Assembly: GCA_045599645.1 (NCBI GenBank)
Contig: JAZRWI010000014.1
Span: forward strand, 4,676 to 68,675
Length of the DNA stretch: 64,000 nt
Source of the DNA: Candidatus Avigastranaerophilus sp.
GTDB lineage: Bacteria; Muiribacteriota; Ozemobacteria; Ozemobacterales; Ozemobacteraceae
Direction: 5' to 3'
Shown: piece by piece, positions 45,809 to 56,800 of the stretch
Layout: each line of letters begins with the position of its first letter
How positions within the stretch are numbered: position 1 is the stretch's first letter
The notes under the pieces: model-generated
Databases searched by the model: none
Told to the model about the DNA's origin: nothing
Seen by the model: the letters and a program-made list of their open reading frames with translations, nothing else
Made by a program: the position numbers and the translations under genes

Positions 45809-47527
45809 ATGTTTATTGAAGACCAGACCGCTTTTGAAGCAATGAAATTAGCCTATAGTGGTGAATATGAAAAAGCCATTGAAAAATTCGAAGATTTTCT
45901 GAAGCGCGAACCGAATCAGATTCAGATGATGGGTGAATTGTGCAATTGTTATGCTGAAACTAAGCGTTATGAAGATTTGGAAAAACTGGCATCAAGAGCG
46001 CTTTTAATTTCTCAGAATCGTGTCAGCACAGATAATATAGGCAGATTTTACGGATATCTTGGAAAATCATATTTATACAGAGACGACTATGTTCCCGCTG
46101 CTAAGTATTTCAGACTTGCTATAGCCAATAAACCTCATTTTATACCGAATTATCAGGAATTGGCTTATTCATTATTTTACCAGGGGCAGTATGAGGAAAC
46201 CGTAGAATTATTCAAACAAATAATTGATATGAATTCTGACTATGCCAAGGATTATGAAATAGAAAAGAAAATCGGTATCGTATTTGATACCTGGAATGAA
46301 AAGGACCCTTCCAGAAATTTATTTGTTTCCGGTTTCCATGCAGAGAATGAAAAAAATTATAGTCTTGCTAAAATAGAATATAAAAAATGTCTGGAGCACG
46401 ACCCCGATAATCTGGAAGCATTATTTGGGCTGTTTTCTATAGCTAAGGAAGAAAATGTTATTCATGAGGCAATTTGCATTGGTGAAAGCCTATTTAAGAA
46501 GCTTCAACGCTTTGAATACAAAAATAAAAGCTATTTAAAGCCACCTTTGTATATCGGTCTTTCTATTTTGTTTCAAAAGCTTGATGACTTCGAGAAATCA
46601 GCAGAATATGGAAAATATTTTTATACCACTGTGCTTATGGATGATGCTAAGAAAGCCTTAGAAGAAAAAAAATATGACGAGGCTTTAAAATTATATCTTA
46701 AAGCTTTGGGTGTTGGTAGAAACAGCTTTGACGTATTAGATAAAATAATAGATTATTATTATATTTTAAATAAAATAGATAAAATTGCTGAATATCTTGA
46801 TAGTGCTCTGAAGCTGGCAATGAATAAATATGACAATGGTAGAGTTGCTGACTACTGCTTGAAATTTGCAAAATATTTTGCTTTGCAGCATAATCAGGAA
46901 CAGGCTCAGAAATATTGCGAGCTTGCTGCTAACAGCTCTACAGATTTAGATTTTAAATTAAAAGCAAATAACTATATAGGAACTATGCTTTATATAGTTG
47001 AGGATTATAGTGAAGCATTAAAATTTTTTGAATGCTGCGAAAAATTAGTTTCAAAAGGTGCTGTAGATAAATATGATATTCCGAGTTCACTTATAAAAAC
47101 AAGGAATATGCTTGATGAAAACTCAGATATGAGAAGGGCTGAAAAGCATTTTCTTGCTGGCAGAAAGCTAAGAGTGCAAGAAAACTTTGAAGCTGCAGTA
47201 AAAGAATATGAAGCTTCCCTTGCTATCAGGCCACAGGTTATTGAGGTTATGTGGGAATTGGCCTACAGCTATATGCGTATTGGCAAGCTTTTAGAGTCTA
47301 GTGACGTGTCTGAAGAAGCCTACAAGGTTTCAATGCAATCAGGTGATAATCAGTATGCAGAAGCTTTGGCATATAATGTTGGTTTATATAACTTCAAAAC
47401 CAGGAATTATGAAAAAGCGCTGAAATATTTTACCGAGTCACAAAAATTCAATCCTGAAAAAGAAGAATATAAAAAGTTTATAGAGGAATGTCGCAGAAAT
47501 ATTTTAGGTGATAACATAATTCATTAA
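45809..47527 (+). CDS. Tetratricopeptide repeat protein
   Basis: Repeated G.YE.A...F...L...P helix-pair patterns throughout. Confidence 0.85.
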   Translation: MFIEDQTAFEAMKLAYSGEYEKAIEKFEDFLKREPNQIQMMGELCNCYAETKRYEDLEKLASRALLISQNRVSTDNIGRFYGYLGKSYLYRDDYVPAAKYFRLAIANKPHFIPNYQELAYSLFYQGQYEETVELFKQIIDMNSDYAKDYEIEKKIGIVFDTWNEKDPSRNLFVSGFHAENEKNYSLAKIEYKKCLEHDPDNLEALFGLFSIAKEENVIHEAICIGESLFKKLQRFEYKNKSYLKPPLYIGLSILFQKLDDFEKSAEYGKYFYTTVLMDDAKKALEEKKYDEALKLYLKALGVGRNSFDVLDKIIDYYYILNKIDKIAEYLDSALKLAMNKYDNGRVADYCLKFAKYFALQHNQEQAQKYCELAANSSTDLDFKLKANNYIGTMLYIVEDYSEALKFFECCEKLVSKGAVDKYDIPSSLIKTRNMLDENSDMRRAEKHFLAGRKLRVQENFEAAVKEYEASLAIRPQVIEVMWELAYSYMRIGKLLESSDVSEEAYKVSMQSGDNQYAEALAYNVGLYNFKTRNYEKALKYFTESQKFNPEKEEYKKFIEECRRNILGDNIIH

Positions 47528-47615
47528 TAATGATAGCTTATTTAAAGCTATTTGAATTAGTGGTATCATTAAAAACAGTAAAGATGCACTACGGTGCCAA
47601 TGTCAGGAGCAAAAT

Positions 47616-49169
47616 ATGAAGTGCGAATATCGTAAAATTACAGATAAAGGTATTAAACTTGAAAATATAGGTGGAAAGCAGTTTCTTACTGTTGAACCTC
47701 AGGTTCTCACACAGCTTGCAGAAGAAGCTTTCCATGACCTTGAATTCTATTTAAGAGCTGAACATCTTGATGAATGGGCAAAGATTGTAGACGATAAGAG
47801 TGCTTCCGACAACGAACGCTTTGTTTGTTCAAGTCTGATAAAGAACGCTATTATTTCTTCAGAAGGGAAACTGCCACTTTGCCAGGATACAGGCACCGCA
47901 ACAGTATTTGCATGGCGTGGCGAACGTGTTATTACTGGCGAAGACGATTACAAGCTGCTTACAGACGGTATTGCTGCAGCCTGGAAAAACAACTGCTTAA
48001 GATATTCTCAGAATGCTCCTATTACTATGTTTGAAGAAAAGAATACTGGCAATAACATGCCTCCTCAGATTGATATTCAGTATGCTCCTGGCGATGAATA
48101 CCGTTTTATGTTTATGGCAAAGGGTGGTGGCTCTGCAAATAAGACTGTAATGGTTCAAGCTTCAAAAGCTATTCTGAATGAAAAGTCCCTTGAAGAATTC
48201 CTTCGCGAAAAGATAAAAGGCCTTGGTGTTGCGGCCTGCCCACCATATACACTAATTGTTGTTGTTGGTGGCACATCTCCAGAATTGAATCTTAAGACAA
48301 TGAAGCTTGCATCTACCGGCTGGTATGATGAATTACCGACAAGAGGCGACGGCTTAGGCGCCCCATTCAGAGATTTGGAATGGGAAAAACGCGTGATGAA
48401 GATTGCTGAAGAAACAGGGTGGGGCGCACAATTTGGTGGTAAGCACATGGCCATCAATGCCAGGGTAATCAGAATGGCTCGTCATGGTGGTTCCTGTCCG
48501 ATTTCAGTAGGTGTTTCCTGCAGCGCACACAGAAACCTTGCTGCAATTATCAACAAGGATGGCGTATTCCTTGAAGTAACAGATAAGAATCCTTCCAGAT
48601 TGCTTAACAAGGTAATGGAAGGCGGCGTAAAGGCTGATAGAATTGACTTAAATAAGCCAATGAGTGAAATTCTTGCACAGCTTGGCAAGCACATGGCTGG
48701 TGATATGGTTCTTCTTAATGGCACTCTGATTGTTGCAAGAGATATGGCTCATGCACGTATTCATGATATGGTTGAAGCCGGTGAACCTGTTCCCCGGTAT
48801 TTCAAAGACCATCCTGTATATTATGCAGGTCCTGCCAGAACTCCAGCAGGCTATGCTATAGGCAGCTTTGGCCCTACCACTGCTCAGAGGATGGACGGTT
48901 ATATGGATTATTTTATGAGCAAAGGCGCGTCAATGGTTACATTGGCTAAGGGCAACAGAGCTGATTCTGTTGTAAAGGCTTGTAAGGAACATGGTGGCTT
49001 CTATCTTGGAACAATAGGTGGAGCTGCAGCTTTGATTGCTGCTGAAAACATAAAGAAGTCTGAAGTAATAGCCTTCCCGGAATACGGCATGGAAGCAGTT
49101 CATAAAATTGAAGTAATAGACATGCCAGCCTTCATCATCTACGATAACAAAGGCCGCAGCCTCTACTAA
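47616..49169 (+). CDS. fumA: Class I (Fe-S) fumarate hydratase
   Basis: PLCQDTG, LRYSQNAP, KGGGSANK, AACPPY, GAQFGGK, RHG.SCP, GSFGPTT..RMD, GGFYLG.IGG. Confidence 0.93.
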   Translation: MKCEYRKITDKGIKLENIGGKQFLTVEPQVLTQLAEEAFHDLEFYLRAEHLDEWAKIVDDKSASDNERFVCSSLIKNAIISSEGKLPLCQDTGTATVFAWRGERVITGEDDYKLLTDGIAAAWKNNCLRYSQNAPITMFEEKNTGNNMPPQIDIQYAPGDEYRFMFMAKGGGSANKTVMVQASKAILNEKSLEEFLREKIKGLGVAACPPYTLIVVVGGTSPELNLKTMKLASTGWYDELPTRGDGLGAPFRDLEWEKRVMKIAEETGWGAQFGGKHMAINARVIRMARHGGSCPISVGVSCSAHRNLAAIINKDGVFLEVTDKNPSRLLNKVMEGGVKADRIDLNKPMSEILAQLGKHMAGDMVLLNGTLIVARDMAHARIHDMVEAGEPVPRYFKDHPVYYAGPARTPAGYAIGSFGPTTAQRMDGYMDYFMSKGASMVTLAKGNRADSVVKACKEHGGFYLGTIGGAAALIAAENIKKSEVIAFPEYGMEAVHKIEVIDMPAFIIYDNKGRSLY

Positions 49170-49198
49170 AATTCATAATGCATTATGAATTATGAATT
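49170..49198. repeat. Palindrome built from the AATKCAT heptamer
   Basis: AATTCATAATG/CATTATGAATT perfect 22-bp palindrome plus one extra ATGAATT. Confidence 0.8.
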
Positions 49199-49285
49199 AA
49201 TTGGCTTTTCCACACACTCTTAATGCTTACAGAAAAATTGTCGATAGCTAATAAGTAGATGACCCAAGGAGGGCAATAAATAGCT

Positions 49286-50344
49286 ATGGCAGACAATCAG
49301 ACCGAAGCCGTTATAATGTATAACGATAAATTACTGGAGCACGACCAGATCACCGCTGGAAAAGAGGGCGGCAGATTGAGTTGTATTATTGAAGCTCTTC
49401 AGAAAAACGGCTTATGGAATGAAGAAATTGCGCTTCAGGCTGATATTGCTCCAATGAAACGTTTGCGTGATATTCACGATTCTGAATTTCTAGATGCACT
49501 TCACAAGAGAGTATACAGTGGATTAGACAAGCTTGATCCAAATACACCAGTAATCAAGGAATCCTTTGAAATTGCAAGATTTGGTGCTGGTGGAGTTCTG
49601 GATGCCGTTGATAAAATCATGAGCGGTGAAGCAAAGAGAGCTTTTTGTTTAACTGCAATGCCAGGACATCATTCCGGTATCACTACTACCGGTTATGGAA
49701 GCCTTGTGAATCCTGTAGCTGCAGGTGCACATTACCTGACTAAGAAATTCGGTATGAAAAGGGTTGCTATTATTGACCTTGACGCAGAACATGGCAGTGG
49801 CACACAGCAAATCTTTTATCAAAGAAAAGATGTTATGACTGTTTCCATTCACGAATATCCAGGAACCACAGGCACTGGCTATTACGATGAAATGGGTGGT
49901 AAAGGCGCTTTGGGCTACAATATTAATGTTCCCTTTGTATCTGGCTATGGTGACAGAGAATATAGAGTATGTCTCAAGGAAATCATTGAAAAGATTCTTA
50001 CGCAGTTTGCACCAGAATTCATTATTGTTGGTCTAGGAACAAACGTCCTGGACGCAGATCCTGCTTCGCATCTAATGATGAGTGAAGCCGGCCTTCTTTC
50101 AACTTTCCAGCAAACCATGGATATGGCAGAAAAATTCTGTAATGGCAAAATTATTTCTGTGCTGGAAGGCGGGACCCCTGGAAAGCTAATGGCAAAAACT
50201 ATTTCACAGCATGTGAGATTAGTTGTTAATAAAATTGCTGGTCCTGTCGATAAGAGTAAAAAAGAAGAATTGATTTCGTATGCAGATTGGTATGGTTACG
50301 CGAAATTGCTTAAAGCGCAATTCAAAAAAATCTGGAAATTGTAA
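49286..50344 (+). CDS. Histone deacetylase family protein with degenerate active site
   Basis: PGHH, RVAIIDLDAEHGSGTQ, SIHEYPG, NINVP, DP, VLEGG. Confidence 0.85.
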   Translation: MADNQTEAVIMYNDKLLEHDQITAGKEGGRLSCIIEALQKNGLWNEEIALQADIAPMKRLRDIHDSEFLDALHKRVYSGLDKLDPNTPVIKESFEIARFGAGGVLDAVDKIMSGEAKRAFCLTAMPGHHSGITTTGYGSLVNPVAAGAHYLTKKFGMKRVAIIDLDAEHGSGTQQIFYQRKDVMTVSIHEYPGTTGTGYYDEMGGKGALGYNINVPFVSGYGDREYRVCLKEIIEKILTQFAPEFIIVGLGTNVLDADPASHLMMSEAGLLSTFQQTMDMAEKFCNGKIISVLEGGTPGKLMAKTISQHVRLVVNKIAGPVDKSKKEELISYADWYGYAKLLKAQFKKIWKL

Positions 50345-50372
50345 TCTTATTTGTTAGACCTGGAGGTCAAAG

Positions 50373-52391
50373 ATGAAATGCTTTAATAGATTCCGGGCCA
50401 AGGACCCGGTTCTTGCCACTATCATTTCTATGGGAATGATCATGTCTGCCCAAGCAATTGCCGGCGCTCAGTCAAATGACTGGGAAGAAGTAGGTCCTGC
50501 GGCTCTTTCTGCTCAACAGCAGTTGATGTCAGCTCCACCACAGATTGGTGCAAATGTTTCAGGGCAGGTTAGTTATAGACCTCCTGTTGAAAGACCAGTA
50601 GTTGCAGCAGCAAATACTGAAATCCAGAATGAATATACTGTTCAGGCTGGTGATACCCTTCCAAAGATTGCTATGAAGATTTATGGCGATCCTAATCGTT
50701 GGCAGGATTTAATGGTTTTGAACAACATTGATAATGGTAACAGAATCTATGTTGGTCAGAAACTTATCACTGTTGCTAGTAACAATATTATTGCTGAAGA
50801 AGCACCTGTTGCTGAACATGAAATTGCAGAAATGCCAGAAGAATCAGAATCAGCAGACGCTAGCTTCTACGGTGTTGGCAGCGATGGTACTTACACTGTA
50901 AAGAAGGGTGATACTCTTGGAAAGATTGCTAAACAGCTTTTGGGCTCTACTTCTAAGTGGCAGAAGATTGCTAAGGCTAATCCAGGCATTGATCCAAATA
51001 AACTTCAGGTTGGCGATGTTCTCGTAATTCCAGGCGCTAAGAAATCATCTAGTTCTGTTGTTTCAGCTCAGCCAATTGGTGTAAGCCATGTTGAAGAAAG
51101 AGCAATCAGCGCTCAGCCATGGCAGATGGCAGCTGCTAATGCTCAGCCAGTAAATAATATGGGCTATAACAATTATGGTTATGCCCAGAATGAACCAGCT
51201 ATTGTTAGCGATCCATCATTCGATCCAAACGCTGCAGGCATTGTTGCTCCACCTCCGCCACCAATGGCTTATGGTAACTTCAATGCTCCTCAGGCACCGG
51301 TTCCACCGGCACCGCCTGCTCCACCAGCTTATCAACCAAATAATGTTCCTGTTTACAGTTCTGACAATTTTGCTCCACCACCAGCTCCTCAGGTTGGCTG
51401 TGATTGTGATACTGTTCCTGGTGCTGTAGTTCCGGTTCAGACAACTGAAAATCATGTAATTTCTGATCAGCCCGTTGCTACTCATAAGTATGAACTCTAC
51501 AGAGAAGAAAAGTATCGTTTGCCAGATGAATTGAAGGCAACTGATTTCGATCCTTACTTCACAAATGTTAATGGTTACCGTGGCTTATTTAACACCGAAA
51601 GCGCTTTGATCCCATATCTTCCAACATGGAATATTGGTTTCAGTTATAAGCATGACAACCTTAAATACTTTAACGGTGAAAAGGATATTATAGATGGTAG
51701 CGCTAATAAGTATATGTTGAACCTTAACTATACTGGCCACAAGTTCTTCGCTGGCATCACTGTTCCATATCAGACCTGGGAAGAAGGTGTTAACGGCGGT
51801 AAGAAGGCCGAACTTAGCGGTATGCATGATACTTCTGTTAAGGTTGGTTATCAGGTTTGGAAGAATTTCGAAGGCACTCACGCAGTAACACTTCACCTTG
51901 AAGGAAAGATTTCCGGTGGCAACTACCATTCTCCAATTGTTAACCAGTATGGCTTCAGTGATGGCAGAAAGAGTAAAGAAAGTGCTGCTCCAAGATTTAC
52001 AGCAAATGGGCCTGCCGGTGCTTACGAAGGTTCCTGGGTTGAATTCGGCGGTGCTTATTCTGGTGTGTTGAACGATAAATGGGCAAGTCACTTGAATCTA
52101 GCATTTGCTAACAACTCAAAGGATGATATTACTAAGATTGAAGTAAGAGCCGGTACTGATTATCGTGTAAATCGTAACTTCGCACTTGTTGGTGAAATTT
52201 GTGCCGAAAACTACCAGGCTCCATCAGATATTTATGGCGGCAATGGTATGAATGCAGATCTTACTCTCGGCTTCATGGTATTTAATGATGAATGGCAGGC
52301 CAATCTCGGCTTCCCAATCAATATTAAACATGAATGGGGCACTGAAAGTGACTTCAGCGTAATTGCCGGCATTAACCACCGTTGGGATTAA
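50373..52391 (+). CDS. Secreted protein: two LysM domains, Pro-rich linker, putative C-terminal outer-membrane beta-barrel
   Basis: YTVQAGDTL..IA...IYVGQKL and YTVKKGDTL..IA...LQVGDVL.IP; alternating aromatic beta-strands ending INHRWD. Confidence 0.78.
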   Translation: MKCFNRFRAKDPVLATIISMGMIMSAQAIAGAQSNDWEEVGPAALSAQQQLMSAPPQIGANVSGQVSYRPPVERPVVAAANTEIQNEYTVQAGDTLPKIAMKIYGDPNRWQDLMVLNNIDNGNRIYVGQKLITVASNNIIAEEAPVAEHEIAEMPEESESADASFYGVGSDGTYTVKKGDTLGKIAKQLLGSTSKWQKIAKANPGIDPNKLQVGDVLVIPGAKKSSSSVVSAQPIGVSHVEERAISAQPWQMAAANAQPVNNMGYNNYGYAQNEPAIVSDPSFDPNAAGIVAPPPPPMAYGNFNAPQAPVPPAPPAPPAYQPNNVPVYSSDNFAPPPAPQVGCDCDTVPGAVVPVQTTENHVISDQPVATHKYELYREEKYRLPDELKATDFDPYFTNVNGYRGLFNTESALIPYLPTWNIGFSYKHDNLKYFNGEKDIIDGSANKYMLNLNYTGHKFFAGITVPYQTWEEGVNGGKKAELSGMHDTSVKVGYQVWKNFEGTHAVTLHLEGKISGGNYHSPIVNQYGFSDGRKSKESAAPRFTANGPAGAYEGSWVEFGGAYSGVLNDKWASHLNLAFANNSKDDITKIEVRAGTDYRVNRNFALVGEICAENYQAPSDIYGGNGMNADLTLGFMVFNDEWQANLGFPINIKHEWGTESDFSVIAGINHRWD

Positions 52392-52415
52392 TTTCTAACT
52401 TAATATAAATTAATT

Positions 52416-52447
52416 AAAAAGCTGCTCAAAAAGTGAGCAGCTTTTTT
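52416..52447 (+). terminator. Rho-independent terminator
   Basis: AAAAAGCTGCTCA-AAAAG-TGAGCAGCTTTTTT. Confidence 0.88.
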
Positions 52448-52612
52448 GTGTACAATAAATTTTGAAAAAAATATAAATTAACCCTTGCGGGAATGAATTT
52501 TTTATGTTATAAATTATTCAGTAACGAATTGCATGGTGTTCAAAATTTAAACACTAAGCAATATAATATAGTTTGGCTCGATAAGTATATAGTAAACAGT
52601 AAGGAGCATGGA

Positions 52613-53674
52613 ATGCGTAAGTCACTTTCATTAGCCGCAATTGCAATGTTATCACTCGTAGCTATGTCTACACCAGCTACAGCTGCAACTAAAGATTTTA
52701 GCGATCAGCTTGATTCAATCAAAGACGAACAGCTTCGCAGAACTCTTAGCAACAGCATCGCTATTGGTTTGATTTCTACCGACGAAGAACTTCAGGCTGC
52801 TATTTCTCAGGCAATCGATTCACAAGAAGAAGACAACATGATTTCTTATGAAGTAAGCCGCAAGAAGCCGAAGAATGGTAACAAACCAAACAACAATAAA
52901 CCAAAACCAAATAACAATAACGGCAATGGTGGCGGAAATTCCGCTCTTGCTCAGAAGATTACACAGCTTTCAAAGAACCTCTATGCTCTTGATCAGAAGG
53001 CTTCTGTAAAGGTTCAGAAGAATGAAGGCCGCAGCGGCGCTACTAAGTTGTTCAAGGATATCACAACTCCAATCCCAGCAGCTTACGATAGATGCATTAA
53101 GCTTTGCAACCTCTTTGACCCACACACTAACACTCCAGAAATGGGCCAGCACAAGAAAGCAATTTCTGAATTCTTCCATTCAATCGAAAACGATCCATGT
53201 GTTCAGGAAGCTCTCAAAGTAACAAATACTAGCATCGACGATATGATGAACAACTGGTTTGGTGCTGGTGCTGGTTTCGAACATGTTATCGCTGGCGAAA
53301 TTAAGGGCACTAAGGTTTCTGGTTATCACTGGTGGTATAGATACTACACTGACGAACGCAATGGTCATGTAGAATACATCAATTCAGTTGAAGCTATCGG
53401 TAATCCAAGAATGTATACTGGTTCTTACACTTGGGATCCAGACGGAAACGGTCCTCTCCCAACTTGCAAGAAGCCAAAGGGAGGTTTCACTCTCCAGCAT
53501 TCACCAATGGTTCTCCTTGCTCTCGGTCACATCGCAATCGAAACCTGCCGTGCTAATGGTAGCGTTCCAGGTTCTTTGACCTTCAAGGCTGACGTAAATG
53601 GCGAAAGCTTCACTTGGCAGCTTTACACTATGAACGGCACTATCCGCTCACTCTATCCAATGGCTAATCGCTAA
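52613..53674 (+). CDS. Secreted EndoU/XendoU-family endoribonuclease
   Basis: Signal peptide from ATG 52613 (AAGGAG SD); GFEHVIAGEIK...VSGYHWW and downstream KPKGGF match the EndoU His-His-Lys pattern. Confidence 0.78.
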   Translation: MRKSLSLAAIAMLSLVAMSTPATAATKDFSDQLDSIKDEQLRRTLSNSIAIGLISTDEELQAAISQAIDSQEEDNMISYEVSRKKPKNGNKPNNNKPKPNNNNGNGGGNSALAQKITQLSKNLYALDQKASVKVQKNEGRSGATKLFKDITTPIPAAYDRCIKLCNLFDPHTNTPEMGQHKKAISEFFHSIENDPCVQEALKVTNTSIDDMMNNWFGAGAGFEHVIAGEIKGTKVSGYHWWYRYYTDERNGHVEYINSVEAIGNPRMYTGSYTWDPDGNGPLPTCKKPKGGFTLQHSPMVLLALGHIAIETCRANGSVPGSLTFKADVNGESFTWQLYTMNGTIRSLYPMANR

Positions 53675-53684
53675 TTGAGATTTT

Positions 53685-53716
53685 AAAAAGACCTGCAGAA
53701 ATGCAGGTCTTTTTTT
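53685..53716 (+). terminator. Rho-independent terminator
   Basis: AAAAAGACCTGCA-GAAA-TGCAGGTCTTTTTTT. Confidence 0.9.
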
Positions 53717-53818
53717 ATGCTTATTTCTTAAATTGTTTGGAAATTTTAATAAATAGACTTTTACAAACCTTAATATTATGATAAGTTTAATGTAATATTG
53801 TTTTCTTTATGAGGAATT

Positions 53819-56800
53819 TTGATGAATCGGTCACCCTATGAGCTTATAAGCAGCAACGACGAAACCTTATGGCATGAAGGTCTGGAGGCACTTGTTGCAG
53901 AGCACAGTGAAAAATCCTGTGATGCAATAATTCAAATGCTGAGTGACCGTTCCTGGCATAAGCGTGAAACTGCTGCAAAAGCTTTATTTGACTGGGGCGA
54001 AGGTCTGTCAGATATTCTTGAAAAAAAAGTTTCTGAACAGAACATAGACCAATATTATTGGATTCTTAATATTCTTGGTCATATTGGTGACCAAAAATCT
54101 GTTGCAATTCTAAAACGCGGATTACAGAACAAGGACGCAGAATTACGTAGCTATGCGGTAAGAGGACTCGGTTATAAAAAGAGCATTGATAATGCAAGAA
54201 TTTTGTATCCTATGCTGAATGATGTCAATTGGAGCATAAGAAAGCTTGTTTTTGAACAGCTTCTTTCTTTCGATCAACTAATTCTTGATGATTTAAGAAA
54301 AATTATTCTTACTCCTTCTAAAATTCCGAATCATAGTGTAATTGCATTATTCGTAAAAATTGGTAAGGATAATATTTTATCAGAATTAAGCCATTTTTAT
54401 AAGGAAGGCAATTTTGCTTTAAGATTCTCTATATTGAATGCACTAGGTGAATTAGGAACCTCTAGAGCAATAGATTATTTGATAGCTGGTTTAGCAGACC
54501 GCTCATGGGCTATTAGAAGATTAGCCGCAGAACAACTATCAAAATTAGGACCAAAAGCATTTGATCAGCTTTCTGCTAGTTTTGGCAGGGTAGACTCACT
54601 TATTAGATATGATATTGTTAAAATTATAGTGAATCTTATTGGCGAAAAAGCCATGCCTTTATTGAAAAGATTATTAAGCGCTCCTGATCAGGAATTAAGA
54701 ATGATGGCTATAGAAAATTTATCTAAGCTGCGCTCTGATATTGCTGTTCAGGAGATTATACGCTGCTTAGCTGATTCTGATAGAATCGTATCTGACTTTG
54801 CTGCAGATTGTTTAACCAAAAAGCATAATTTAAATTTAGATTTACTTTTGAATATATTAAATACGGAAGATGAAAACCTTAGATTCCAGGTAATTAAAAT
54901 TATTGGTTCTATAGGTGGATTAGCTTTTATCCCTATAATTAGAATTCTTGAAAAGGGAAATAAACAGGAAAGATTATTCCTCTTAGGAGTTCTTCAGAAA
55001 ATAGCCCCGGATCAAAAAGTAATCGATATTCTTATTAAATTGCTTGGTGATGAAAATTGGCCGGTTAGAAATGCAGCCTCAAATTGTCTTGTAAACTACG
55101 GTGAAGCTTCAGTTACTTCCATTGTCAGAGTTTTAAATGACCCATCTGAAGATATAAGATTCTGGGCAAGAAAATCATTAGTAATGATTGGTCCAAAAGC
55201 AGTTAGGGTATTGATTCAGATAATGGATGATGGAACAGAACCTGCATTGATACCTCATATAGTATCTGCCTTGCTTTCAATGAACAATCCTGAAGCTGTT
55301 CCTGCTGTAATCAAGTTCCTTGAAAACAGTGATGAATATAGAATTGAAAATGTATTTAATTCTATGCCTGAGGTTACTTCTAAGGATGTTGTTAATACTG
55401 TTTTGAATCTTCTTACTCATCCAGATGAAAAGGTTTCTAAGTGGCTTTCATATATTCTTAGAAAAGCTGATGCACCTCAGCTGCATAGAACAGTTTTCCT
55501 TGGATTCAGCCATTCAAATGAAAAGGTTAGATATTATGTTTCTGAAGCTATAGCTGAATGGCGGTTCATGTCTGATAGTGATTTAAAGGTTATTTGTAGA
55601 CAGCTACAGGTAGAAAAGAATGTAAAAAATTTGCATTCTCTTGTTTCTTGTCTCTCAAAGCATCCTTCAGCAATATCTGTAAGCTCTGTTGAAGAATTCC
55701 TCCAGCATTGCCCAGCATCAACAATGCTTGATTTAATGCTGGAAGCTTCAAGCCATGATTCACCAGAATTTGCTGAAATGCTTAAGGTTACCTTAGAAAA
55801 GCGTTCAGATTTAATAACAATCGAAGATTCTGACAGGGTTGGTAAGATTCTTGGTAATCTTTATAAAACAAATCCTGATGGTCTTATTAAAGGACTTCAG
55901 TCTAACAGCAAGGCTTATAGACTTTGTTGTGTCATTGCTCTTGATTCATTCAACGATAGAAAGATTGCTTTCGATGTCATGGAAAATATTCTTGATAATG
56001 AAGACCAGGAAATTATTAAGAAAATTGTTAAAGTTCTCGCCAAGTATTTCTTCTATGATGATTTCCGCCTGAAGGGTGCTTTAACAGATTTCTTCCTTGA
56101 TATAGGAAAGCTTATAACAGAACCATTAACTGAATATATCCAGACATTGGAAAACGAAATAGATAAAAAAGCTCTTGTTGATATGATTGAAAGTGTTGGT
56201 GGAACTGTTTCTGCCGATGCATTGCTTGGTAAAGGCCAGCATAAAGTCATGCTTTCTGACAATCATCTTGATGAGGTTCTTGAAAAGCGCAGAATGGCTC
56301 TGGAAGAACTTGAAAAATACGATGAACTTATTAAAGAAAGTCACACTAAAGAACTTTCAGTCATGTTCACAGATGTTAAAGGTTTCACTGCCTTCAGCTC
56401 CAAGGCATCCTTGTCTGAAGTCATGTCAATGCTTAAGCAGCATGATGAAATTTTGCAACCGGTATTTGAAAAGTTCGGTGGCGAAGCACTTAAGAAGATT
56501 GGTGACGCCTTCCTTGTTGTATTTGAAAATCACAACAATGCACTGCTTGCTGCTATGGAAATTCAGAACAAGCTGGTAGAATACAACAATACAGCACCAC
56601 AGGAACGTAAACTGGCTGTAAGAATTACAATCAATACCGGTTCAGTAATCAGAACTGAAAATGACGTAATGGGCGACCCGGTAAATCTTGCTTCCAGACT
56701 TGAAGGTATTACTGATGCATTTGAAATTGTTATAAGTGAATTTACTTATGAAAAGATTGATAAGAGCATATTCACTCTTGAACCCAATGGCGCTCATGAA

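Noticed and set aside
52862-52935. AAC-rich tract resembling a DGR template repeat
   Set aside because: In-frame Asn/Lys/Pro linker of the EndoU protein; no similarity to the FGE gene ends
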